A DNA stretch of 64,000 nucleotides from Octopus bimaculoides (taxonomy: Eukaryota), in assembly GCF_001194135.2 (NCBI RefSeq), contig NC_069004.1, forward strand, positions 13,239,791-13,303,790. Direction: 5' to 3'. A program made the position numbers and the translations under genes. Below are positions 52,835 to 64,000 of the stretch, in pieces; position 1 is the stretch's first letter, and every line of letters starts with the position of its first letter. The notes under the pieces were generated by a model. The model worked only from the letters and a program-made list of their open reading frames with translations, made no database searches and was not told the origin of the DNA.

Positions 52835-53150
52835 CGCGCGTCTCTCTCTGTCTGTTTTGATATCATATGAATGTTGGCAACAAGACATCCAGCCACAGAA
52901 AATGTATCGTGGCAAATTCCATTTGACCCATGAAAGTATGGAAAAGTGGACATTAAATGAGGACACACACACAGAGTTTCTGCACAATTTCTATTTGCCA
53001 AATTCTAAAGACAGGGTACTAATCAATGCTAAGTCAAAAGACACCTGCCCAAGATGACTGAATTTCAAACTACAAGGTTGCAAAGTAAATGTTTTACCCA
53101 CAAAACCATTCATGCACCCATTTGTCTCCTTGTCCATTTGTTTTTTTTAA

Positions 53151-53368
53151 CCCTTTAGCATTTAAACTGGTTAAATCTGGCCCAAACATTCTACCAGCTT
53201 TGTCCACACTGGCCAGATCTGGCATCTCACACCCACCATACACTGTCATTCTAAAAATATACAATCACATTATTGAAATCTTGAAGCTACATAATAATGT
53301 ATGAGGAATTCAAAATAATGCGAATAAATAAGGGTTACATTTGACAGAGTAATCTGAATGCTGAAGGG
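53151..53368. mobile_element. piggyBac-like MITE (in the DUF229 intron)
   Basis: TTAA|ccctttagcatt ... aatgctgaaggg|TTAA. Related copies at 7436-7635 and 8826-9040. Confidence 0.75.
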
Positions 53369-53464
53369 TTAAAGGGATTTTTTTTTTTTTTTTACTCTAT
53401 TCTTAACGCTTCAAAATAATATATAGGAAGTGTTAAACCACTGTAGCCAACTGAGCAGATAACT

Positions 53465-53790
53465 AACTGGCACTCTGTCAGTTACAACGATGAGGGTTCC
53501 AGCTGATCTGATCAACGGAACAGCCTGCTCCTGAAATTAATGTGCATGTGACTTAGTCTCTACAGACACGTGTACCCTTAATGTAGTTTGCAAGGAGAAT
53601 CAATGTATCACACAGTATGACAAGGCTGGCCCTTTGAAACAGGTACTACTCATGTTTGCCAGCTGAGTGGACTGGAGCAATGTGAAATGGAGTGTCTTGC
53701 TCAAGGACATAGTGTGCCACTGGGAATTGAACTCATGACCTTACGATTATGAGCTGAATACCCTAACCACTAAGCCATGTGCCTTCACTA
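53465..53790 (-). mobile_element. SINE sharing family C 3' half, with a different head and cttgagcaagacact core
   Basis: Same architecture as 34940-35265. Confidence 0.7.
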
Positions 53791-53895
53791 GCTGAGCAGA
53801 TAACTCTGCCTAAATAGAGGAGAAAGGAGGAAATGGCAACATAGCTATTAGTTAGAATGTAGAAAAGGGTAAAGCAAAAAGAGGAGTCTACTTAC

Positions 53896-56266
53896 CAGTG
53901 AGCAATGGAATTATAGCAGCAGCTGTAGCATCTCCAACAATATTGTAACCATTCATTATGATGGCTCCAAGAGATTCTTTCAGATGTTTATAAGACAACG
54001 GTAGTTTACGTTGGAAAGACAAGTGAGATAAGGAATCAAGTCCATAGATGAGAATATTCAGAGGAATTGTGTTCAAATGCACAAACTGAGGGATGTCTGA
54101 AATCCGTTGAAATACCTCAGGTTTTGGATAGATTTGAACAAAGAACTGTTCAATATCTGGAAGCTGGTTGTAAATACCATATTGTTCGGGTGGAAGATTT
54201 AAGTAGGTTTCTTTGGAATTATCGTAGTATAAGGTATCAGTCATATCTTCAATATCGAAGTTATGGAAAATGTGTGATTTCTTTTCCTTCTCAGTTTTTC
54301 TTTTAGGTTTCTCAAGTTTTGGTGGAACAATCTGAAGATTATTTGGCAGGATTTTAGATTTTGTTGTATATGGGAATCTTTTATAAGTATCTTTTGGTCT
54401 CAGTATTTGGATCATTGGGTGTGAGCTAAGTTGATTGTGAACTGCTTTGATATTTGGATGAGACTGGCTTCTAGATTTCATTGGAGAAGAATTCAAAAAT
54501 TTTACATTTACTACATCTTTTTCTTGGGATTTGGGTTTGGGTTTGGCTTCGACTTGAATTTGGTTTTCTGGGTAGATCAAAGAATTCAATTTGGAAATAG
54601 TGGGGAGGAGCATCAGTTGAGGAATTTCTGATTCACTACTTTGGGGTAAAGACTGATGGTTGGCAGAACTGTCTGAAGGTTTAGATTTTGGCAAGATAGA
54701 ACCATTTGAAGAAGAAATTATGTCATTTATAGATCTCTTCTTTGAGAGCAGATGTTTCTGTTTAGTTTTCGTAATAATCCTGTTGCTTCTTTTCCATGGA
54801 TCATTGTGATTTTTCTTGTCAATCTGTAAAGATTTAACAACATCCGGAGTTTTGAGAAATCGGCTGATGCCTTTGGAATGATTGTTTTGTTGGTTTTGTA
54901 CAAAAAGATTATTGCTTGGATATGTAAGTTTCTTTGGAATTCTTTTATACTTTCCTGAACTATTTGAATTAAATATATTTATATTGCTTGGCAGTTTAAG
55001 TGAAGAATGGGCATTTTGATGAATAATTTTCTTCACATTTTGTGCAGTGATATTGGCTAAAAGTGAACCATTTTTGTCTTGATATAAAGCACCGTTGAAA
55101 ACAGAATTGAGACTGTGTCGGAATTTATCCGTAAATTTAGACTTCATAGAAGCAATAGGGTTGTTTTTATAACTCTTATTAGAGGATTTAAAAGCTACTT
55201 TTAAAGATATATCTGATGTTAAATTATTTACTTTCCCTGATGGAAAACTTCCTAATTTTTTGTAGTTGTTCCTTTTACTTCTTTGATTGGTAGATAGTAA
55301 TAGACTAGGCTTATTTCTATTTTGGTATTGCCTGAGAGCTTTCACACCATATTTCATCATTGGATCAAAATTAACATCACTTGTTTTAAAAGAGGAACGT
55401 ACCATTTTGTTGCCTAGCTTTCGAGGATTATTTCTCTGAAATTTTAAAGCATTATTCAAAAGGCTACCTTTCCGAACTTCTCTGTCTGTGAAAGGTCTTT
55501 TTCTCATATCTTTATCACCTTTGGTAATCTTTGACACTTTTGTGGTTTCAGATTGGTCTGCAACATCTCTATATCTCAAAATTCTGTTAGCATTTAATAC
55601 CAGTTTTTTGTAATGAAGTTTATCTTCAGAGTTAACATTACTTTTTTGTCTAGAAGAGAGAGATAACAGATGTCTTGTAGAATCTAAGACTATATCCTTT
55701 GTTTCAAGGAAGCATTGAACTCTGATGAAATCATGCTGTACAATAATGTTGAAAGGATAGTTGACATCATCACCACCAATGGGTGCAGTATAAGTTGCAT
55801 AGTTGTCATCAATGCGTTCTATAGCCTGATATGTGCACTGCTTGATACGGTCTCCATGAAGTAAAGCGCTGTCCATTTTTAACTTACCATTTTCCATACT
55901 GAAAATCTCAGAACCAAAACATTGAATAGATCCAACATCATAGAAGGCATTTTTGTTTGTGTCACTCTGCAAATCCAGTTTTGGATGTTGGCAGACAATG
56001 TTCTTTGATTGAACAGTCTTATTTGGTAAGGTGGAAACAACAAGGTCATTTAGCCGAAGTGCAGATCTCTGAAATGGATTCTTAAACCTATCTCGTATTC
56101 GATAGAAAGATGAGAATAACTGGTATTCTTTTTTCTGCTGTAGAGTAATGCTCTTGTAGATGCTGTTGTCAAATGCCAAGTTACGTAACAAAAGCAGAAC
56201 GCCAATGCATATCAGGGTGACAAATGTTGGCTTGAGTTTACGATTCCACTTCCAGAAGAACAGCAT
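53896..56266 (-). CDS. DUF229-family (ALP/sulfatase-like) protein, large coding exon (aa 1-790 plus 1 nt)
   Basis: 792-codon ORF with an N-terminal hydrophobic anchor (FVTLICIGVLLLL), Cys motifs (CQHPKLD, CTYQAIERIDD, HDFIRVQC) and DUF229-type catalytic-domain motifs (PLNILIYGLDSLS, LGAIIMNGYNIVGDAT..IIPLLTG). It ends at a canonical phase-1 donor ACTG|GTAAGT (GT at 53895-53894). Family assignment is by motif recognition. Confidence 0.9.
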
Positions 56267-56308
56267 TATGAAATAAAGAAGAAATGCCGCACCATAACGG
56301 ATGACATT

Positions 56309-56340
56309 CTAATAAAGACAGAAATAAAGAAACGTAAGAA
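56309..56340 (-). promoter_or_regulatory. Splice acceptor upstream of the large DUF229 exon (exon starts at 56308)
   Basis: ttcttacgtttctttatttctgtctttattag| pyrimidine tract plus AG, 42 nt upstream of the ATG at 56266. Implies at least one further upstream exon. Confidence 0.7.
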
Positions 56341-56654
56341 TTATACAATGTACAGGAACAAAGAGTTTTTAATAGATTCTGGGGAAGGGAAAGAAGGTAA
56401 GGGAAGGTGTCTATTGTGTTGAAGAAAATCATTTTTTTAAATTATCAGGCATACGATCAAAGCTATCCCAGCTGTGACCAACACAACCTTTATTTAAATA
56501 AAATCTAGACAGCACAGATTATATAATTTTAAATGGTTTTCTTCTTAAGACAAACATTAGGTGATAAAAGAAAAATTTGGCAGCTGTTTCTCATACTAAG
56601 CAGTTATCTGTATGTATAGCTTTTGTGCATACATGTGTATGTGTACATACATAT

Positions 56655-57010
56655 GTTGTTGTTGGCACTCCGTCGCTTACGACATCAAGGGTTCCAGTTG
56701 ATCCGATCAACGGAAAAGCCTGCTAGTGAAATTAACGNNNNNNNNNNACGGAAAAGCCTGCTAGTGAAATTAACGTGCAAGTGGCTGAGCACTCCACAGA
56801 CATGTGTACCCTTAACGTAGTTCTTGGGGATATCCAGTATGACACAGTGTGACAAGGCTGGCCATTTGAAATACAGGTACAACAGGAACAGGAGCCTCAT
56901 GAAGCTTTAGGTGTTTTCGCTCAATAAACACTCACAACGCCCGGTCTGGGAATCGAAACCGCAATCTTATCACTGCGAGTCTGCTGCCCTAACCGCTGGG
57001 CCATTGCGCC
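56655..57010 (-). mobile_element. SINE family C, internally deleted
   Basis: Collinear similarity, with a 10-N gap and duplicated flank. Confidence 0.75.
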
Positions 57011-57515
57011 TGCACAGACATACATATACACACACATCGACAAACAGATGCAGACATGGCAATGTGGTTAGGAAGTCTGCTTCCCAACCTTATGGTCTTG
57101 GGTTCAGTTCCACTGTGTAGCACCTTGGGCAAGTGTTTTCTACTGTAATCTCAGATTGACCAAAGCTTTATGAGTGGATCTGATAGATGGAAAGTAAAAG
57201 AAACTTGTTTTGTGATTGTGTGTGTATGCATGCATAAGACTGATGAAATGCTGTGTGGTTGCCCTTGTAAACAGGCTTGTCCCTTACAACTCTCTCCAGC
57301 TGAGCATCCCAAATTTTGTGAGCTTGTAACCGCTGGTGCTACATAAAAATCACCCATGCCAGTGCTGTGTAAAAGCACCAAGTACACTCTGTGGAGTGGT
57401 TGGCATTAGGAAGAGCACTCAGCCACAGAAACCATGCCAAAACAGACATGGAGCCTGAACAGCTTTTCAGTTGGTTAGCTTCTGTCAAACCATCCAACGC
57501 ATGGATGTTAAATGA

Positions 57516-57551
<36 letters not shown>

Positions 57552-58106
57552 ATAATAATATTAGGGACAAAATCTTTTTATTATATTTATCTTATGATAT
57601 TTACTTTACTTTATATTATACTCATTTATTGTGCTTTTAATTATTAATTTTTCTATATGTGATAGTGGATTTTCATNNNNNNNNNNNNNNNATATATATA
57701 TATATATATATATAATATCAAGGGAAAGAAAATGGAGAATAAATGGATGTAATTACTGATTTATTTGCATGTTGCAGAAAAATGACATTTAAAAAAAAAA
57801 ACATTACAAATAAAAAATTGGAAGTTGAAAGCTCAAAAAAGAAAATAACATAAGAACCTACATATATGTTTCTGTCAAACCAATAAGTTGATGGAAATCT
57901 CCAAAACATGTTTAATGTCAAAGAAATTGCTACATTCATACTATTTTTATTTTATGGTTGAACTTCAAGGTTCAAAAAGAGCTGACCCCCACTTAGGTGA
58001 TCATTATATTTTTTTAATGATATGGATTGAACCAGTGGAATACCTTGGATTATATAATCCCTAATAAGGACTTAACTACCTCGAGTTAACTATACATACA
58101 CACGTA

Positions 58107-58655
58107 CAAGGTCTGACTAAAATGCATTGGGACTGATGCAATAAAAAGAAAATTATTACAATGCATATCAAATCAGCATTTAATCTCCTTCAATGTAGTC
58201 CCCTTCTGAAGTCACACACTTTATCCAGCATTGCTTCCATTGATGCAAGCATTCCTGGAACTCCATTTTTTGTGATAGCAAGCAGCTGCCTCATCACATT
58301 CTCTTGGATTTCCTCAACTTCTTGAAATCTTGTTGGGTGTCTTCTACTGTGAAGGCAGAGCCTTAGTTTCAGGGTCATTGCCAAAGACCCATAATTAGCC
58401 ACCTGCTATGACTATTTCAAAATGCTTTCATCTTCCTCAACATAACCAAGGAGGTCTTGCACAGCTGAGGCTTGATCTTTTTGAGATGACCACACTCTAC
58501 TTGCAAACACTGCTATAAACAATACAAGAGTACGGGAACATATCAGTGTGCACATGCAACAGATTTCAAGGTCAATCTGTGCCAAGTGGCTTCACACTGT
58601 GTATTTTAGCTCTGTTACCATAGCAACAGTCTCGATACTTTTTGATGAGATCTCG
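58107..58655 (-). mobile_element. Internally deleted mariner (Tc1/mariner) element
   Basis: TA at both flanks (58105-58106, 58656-58657) and 29-bp degenerate TIRs (20/29 identical by hand alignment). Transposase C-terminus with a frameshift: RFQEVEEIQENVMRQLLAI..EFQECLHQWKQCWIKCVTSEGDYIEGD*. Confidence 0.8.
58614..58627. promoter_or_regulatory. RFX X-box motif GTTACCATAGCAAC (inside the mariner end)
   Basis: Exact match to the 14-bp X-box consensus GTYNCY-AT-RGNAAC. Function is unproven. Confidence 0.4.
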
Positions 58656-58657
58656 TA

Positions 58658-59510
58658 CTCTTCCATGCTGGCTTAGGATATGTTGGAAGAGGTTTTTAAT
58701 TTTGGAGTTTTCCTTCTCCTAGATTGATTGCTTTCACAGCAGCTAAGGAACTCAATCTACCCTTAGAAAAATTTATTTAACACATAGATGAGACTCTGAC
58801 AGATGTTATCATTCTGGGTCAGAACGGTAATTAAGAATGGTAATTAAGGGATGACTCCATGATCCCCACAAACCCAGAACTCCCTAATTGAATCTTCACC
58901 ACCAGATGCAGTTTTATGTCATACACGAAGTAGTTGCTTTCATAGTATGAATATACATTATAGGACATACCATACCTTAGTTTCATCAGTCATACTCTTT
59001 TGTGCTGGCTTAAGAAATGTTGGGAGGGGATATTAATTTAGGAGCTTCCTTCTCCCAGATTGTTTTCACTGAAGCTAAGGAACTCAATCTACCCTAAAGA
59101 AAAAAAAAAAAGAAAATCTATTCCAGCCCCGATCAGAACGGACCTGGTAGTAATGGTAATTAAGAGGTGACCCATGATCTNNNNNNNNNNNNNNNCACCA
59201 CTGAATGCAGTTTTGTTTTATACCTGAAGTAGTTGCCTCCATAGTATGAATTAATCTATGTTACTGGACATACCTCATGTTAGTTTCGTCAGCCATACTC
59301 TTCTGTGCTGTGTTAGGGAATTTTGGAAGAGGGTGTTAATTTTGGAATTTACCTTCTAGATTGATTGCTTTCAGTGCAGCTAAGGGACTCAATCTATCCT
59401 TAGAAAACGTTATTAAATCCTAAGATGAGACCCTGACAGATACTACTGTTCCAGATCAGAAAGGACCTGGGGTTAATGATAATTAAGAGTGACTCCACAC
59501 TCACCACAAC
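58658..59510. repeat. Tandem array of about 3 copies of a 330-340-bp unit
   Basis: Recurring tactctt..tgctg..tta.ga.atgttgg..aattt.ggag..ccttctc..agatt..gctaagg.actcaatcta.cct at about 58655, 58993 and 59296. A related piece lies at 33700-33850. Confidence 0.75.
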
Positions 59511-60272
59511 TTGTTAAATTAGCTTTCTCATTTAATCAATGTAGGTTACAGTGAAGATGGTGGTTGTACTTAGGATGGTTGTTGTGGTGGTGGTGGTGGT
59601 GGTAGCTAGTGATTAAGACACTATGACTAGCAGTTGAAGTGAAGGTGGTAGTGGTGGCTAATGGTTGAGGTAGTGGATGTTAGTGATTAATAGCTGTGGT
59701 AGTAACAGTGGTGGTGATGGAGTTAACTTTATCAAAATGCCTGAAACCACCACAGGATGGCACTATATAGATATCAAGTGGTTAGGAAGTGAATGTATTA
59801 ACCACATGGCTAGCCATGCCTGAGCCTATAGCCACACCTGTGCCTATAGCCATGCCTGTACTTATATAACCATATAAAAAGCATTGGTGCTGGTGTTATA
59901 TAAAAAGCACCCAGTACACTGTGATATGGTTGGTAATATGAAGGGTGCCTAGCTGTAGAAACCATGCTGGAGCAGACAATGGAGCCTGGAGTGACTCCCA
60001 GCCTTCTCAGCTCACGTGAAACTATCCAACACATGTCTGCATGGAAAACGGATGCTAAATGTTGATGCAGCTGATGATGACGATTTATATACACATACAT
60101 ACTTAGAGAGAGAGAGAAAGAGGAGAGGGAAAGAGAGATACTAATAACTAAAGTGAAAGTAAAACAATACTTTATTAATGATTATTGTTCTTCAACAAAG
60201 CAGCCATTAACACATTTTATTGATGTTTATTGTTCATCATAATCCTCATCATCAACATAATAATAATAATTA

Positions 60273-60304
<32 letters not shown>

Positions 60305-60744
60305 CACTATTTTCAATGCCATTGTTTCTCATTACTGTTTCATTGTTTCCATCTTTCTTGCAATTATTTCACAAAAGAATTGAACAGAAGAAATGCAATT
60401 AATGGTAAAAAAAGATGGACTCTTGTAATAGTAGCAACAAGAAGAACAACAGTAACAACAATTAATTCAGTGAAAGAATTAAAAAACAAATTGGTTTACA
60501 AGAAAATAAAACACTTTTGTTGTTGTTAATATTATTAAGATATTGGGAGAGGTTATTTTTGTGTTTGATACACCAGAGGCACCAGGGGCTGGCAATATTT
60601 CTTTCAGCTCTTTATGTTTAGAGTTCAAATACAGCCAAGGTCGACTTTGCCTTTCATCTTTTCGGGGTTTATAAAATAAAGTACCAGTCAAGTACTGGGG
60701 TTGATGTAATCAATTAGCTTGCCTCCTTTTCTAATTGATGTCCT

Positions 60745-61062
60745 TGTGCTACCCAACCACATGGTCTTGGATTCAGTTCCACTGTGCGGCACTTTGGGCA
60801 AGTGTTTGCTATAACATCAGGCCAGCCAAAGCCAGTCATGTGTGTGTGTGTATGTGTCTGTGTTTGTCCCCCACCACTGCTTGACAACTGATGTGAGTGT
60901 GTTTATGTCCCTGTAACTTAACAGTTTGGCAAAAGTGACCGATAGAATAAGTGGCAGGCTTAAAAATAAAAAAAAGTCCTGGGGTCAATTCATTCAACTA
61001 GAAATTCTTCGAGGCAGTGCCCCAGCATGGCCACAGTCTAGTGACTGAAACAAGTAAAAGTT
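60745..61062 (+). mobile_element. SINE family A
   Basis: Collinear similarity with an internal deletion. Confidence 0.75.
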
Positions 61063-62796
61063 ACTGAAGCAAGCACTTCTGAATTTGATAGACCAGAGTA
61101 ATCAGGGGTTTTGTATAGGATAACCTCAAAATACAACAGGTGGGGTTTTTTCCCTTCCCACCAGTGGGACATTTTTCTTATTGACATTTTATTATCTATT
61201 GTTTTCTTTTTTAGTTAGCTTTCTTTTTCTGATCAATGTAAACTCTCTCTTTCTTTTTAGGTACTGTAATGTCCCCAATATCTTGGCCCTTGAGGATAAT
61301 CCTATCATAGGTGGTGAACTGGCAGAATTGTTAGAGCATAGGATTAAATGTCTTATGGAAATTGCTTAGGATCTTAAGGTACTGAGATTGGATGCTGCTG
61401 CGGTCAACTTTGTTCCACATACTTTCAAAGTCAATAAGATAAAGTACCAATCCAGCACTGGGATCAAGGCAATCAACTAAGCCCCTCCCATCAAAACTGC
61501 TGGCACAGTGCCTAAAAAAACAGTGACTGTTACTGCTTTCTCTCTTTCTTTCCCCTTCTTTTGTTCTAAATTCAAACCCTGTTTCAGTAAACTTTGCCTT
61601 TCATCCTTCAAGGGGATGATAAAATTAAAGTACCAGTTATGTATTGAGGTTCATTTCTGGCTCCAGCCTTGCTGCATCAGCTGCAAACCTGGGTGTTGCT
61701 GCACATAAAGCAAAGCAGAGAAAAATCAATAGATAAAGGAGTCTGAACAGCCACTATCAGTTTGTGCCGGTTGATGTCAAGATGGTGTTCTCAGACCCTG
61801 TACCACCAATTTCTTCTGCAAAATAGAGACAGCAGTGGCCAGTCAGAGAATTGGGACCAACTTCATGCAAGCATGAAGGCACGCTGGAAACTTGACTGAG
61901 GAGAGAAGGCCACGAATGACCCCCCGCCTCCTTGTTTTTTCCTGTCTGTCTTTGTATTGTCTGCCCAGATGTTTCATTGTCGTCTGTTGCGTTCTTGTTC
62001 TAGTTTTGGGGTATTTCTATTTATAATGTTTATATCGTTGACTTTAACCTCTATAACAATCTGATACGTCATGAACTATGCAGTAAATACAGACACACAC
62101 AAGCAGATACACTCAACATAATAAATAGAAAGGGATTAGAAATAGTAAAATAACTTAAATATACACAAGAGAACTGAACACTGGGGGGTCGATGTAATCG
62201 ACTAGTCCCCTCCCTGCTAATTTGAGGCTTTGTGTTTCCAGTAGAAAGGATTATTATTATAAGGCAGCAAAGTGGTAGACTTGCTGGCACATCAAACAAA
62301 ACGTTTAACAGCGTCTCTTTTAGTTCTTTCAGGCCTGAGTTCAAATAAGCTGAAGAGAACTTTGCTTTTCATCCTTTTAGGGTCAATAAAATAAAATACA
62401 ACATAGGGGTCAATGTAATCAACTTATTCCCTCTCCCTTAAACTGCTAGCCTAGACCCAAAATTTGAAACATTACTGTTAGGCTAGTGAAGAGCAGAATC
62501 AGTAGACATGAGCATTTTAAGGCCATTTCCTTGGCTAAAGCAAAGGTTAGCCTTTTGGGCTCCATGACAGTCTTTTCTATTTTCCTCCATCATTTACACC
62601 TTCCTTTCGCCAATGTCTTGTCCTCATCCATTACCTATAGCCATTCCTCTTCCTCTGCTTCCTCCCACATTCATTTCCATTACTCCTCTTACCGGGTCAC
62701 TGTCATTCATTGTTAGCACATGACTCAACCATTTCATCCCATTTCTCTTCACACCTCACACAGGCTCTATTCTCTTCATTCTCTGCTATTCATCGT

Positions 62797-62832
<36 letters not shown>

Positions 62833-63265
62833 CACCAAACCATTCTCACTTCTGTTCTTGTCAGATTCACTCAACCCATGCAAACATAGTAAAAAAATTT
62901 GTTAAAATTGTTTAATCCTAGACAAAGGAAACTTAACACTGCTAACCAGTCAAACAGTGAAGTGGTAATGGAGACAAAAATGTTGACTGTTCGTTATTTG
63001 ACTGACATACCAGCTGTGACCATCCCATCTTTTATTCAGCAATTATATATCTAGAACTATGTTGTGTCCTTCCTTTCTTGAAGACAGAAAATGATTTGAA
63101 GATTTAAATACTATTTATAAAAGATAAAGTGAACATATAAACATTCCCTTATTAAAATGCTGATGATGGTGATGATGATGACAAAAGTACATCCCAGATA
63201 CACACACACGCACCCACGCACGCACGCACACACACGCGCGCACACGCGCACACGCGCGCACGCAC

Positions 63266-63296
<31 letters not shown>

Positions 63297-64000
63297 GATT
63301 TTTGTCCAAATTTATCAAAAATCTTCCCATTCCATCCTTGTAGTTATAAAACTATATTAAAAAAAAATATACACACACAACAAAAGAATGGAGGAGCCAT
63401 TATTACTGAAATAGAGAAAGATTGGCAGTGAAAACAACTGTAAAGATAAATTTGTAATACATTGATTTCTCTACAGAAAATGGTATTTTTAGCTTCTCTA
63501 ATTAATAATACTGATGATGATGATGATGATGATGATGAGTTCAGTCAAGCTTCAGAAGACTGAAAACAACTACAAGTCAATACTTGTAACCGTTTAAACA
63601 TAGCTGTGAGATGTCTGTCTGTATGTCTGTCTCTCTCACACACATAGTTATGCTTTCTCTCGTGTGTACACACATATATATATACACACATAAGCCTGTT
63701 ACAAATACATATACAGATGCACAAATAGAGAAACACATACAACTGCAAACACTTACTCACAAATAACCACATACACACACAAATATTGATATATTCTTTT
63801 GTACATACACATACACCCATACACACAAACGTAAACAGATTTATTCATAGATGCACTTACATAAGTAGCTGCATTTATGCATACATGCAGACTCACAAAC
63901 ACAATATACATTCATCCACACAAATACACATACACCTACGTGTACACACACACACACACAAACAAACAAGCACACACATACAAACATGTACACACATGCA

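Larger units (their letters stand above)
51356..53895 (-). other. GT-AG intron of the DUF229 gene (2540 nt), filled with SINEs and a MITE
   Basis: GTAAGT donor and TTTTCCAG acceptor with matching phase-1 junction giving GGA (Gly). Confidence 0.88.

Noticed and set aside
61757-61815. Possible minus-strand terminal exon (EIGGTGSENTILTSTGTN*) and a plus-strand acceptor at 61260
   Set aside because: Good splice signals but short featureless peptides lying among repeat fragments, with no partner exons identified.

Overview
Repeat-dense, AT-rich animal genomic DNA from a gapped draft assembly (14 N-runs). The tRNA-derived SINE families, (TA)n/(TG)n microsatellites and MITEs look like those I associate with Octopus; this is recognition from memory, not a search result. 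One protein-coding gene is well supported: a minus-strand DUF229-family (alkaline phosphatase/sulfatase-like, type II membrane) gene. It has a 2.4-kb coding exon (53896-56266), a 944-nt exon (50412-51355) and a terminal exon (45573-45734, absent from the ORF track) whose 5' part runs into an assembly gap. The protein (at least 1158 aa) carries an unusual stop-free insertion of about 500 aa, rich in Lys/Ser/Asn, between the conserved N-terminal Cys region and the catalytic domain. The rest is transposon debris: R4/Dong-like non-LTR remnants, a deleted mariner carrying a perfect RFX X-box, hAT-, piggyBac- and TcMar-type MITEs, several SINE families (one forming head-to-tail arrays and a fold-back pair inside the DUF229 intron), and a 385-bp composite element with TIRs, a 6-bp TSD, a degenerate hammerhead-ribozyme-like motif and a head-to-head tRNA-like palindrome. 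Almost all other ORF-track entries are microsatellite, gap or SINE artefacts. No CRISPR array, rRNA gene or intact tRNA gene was seen.
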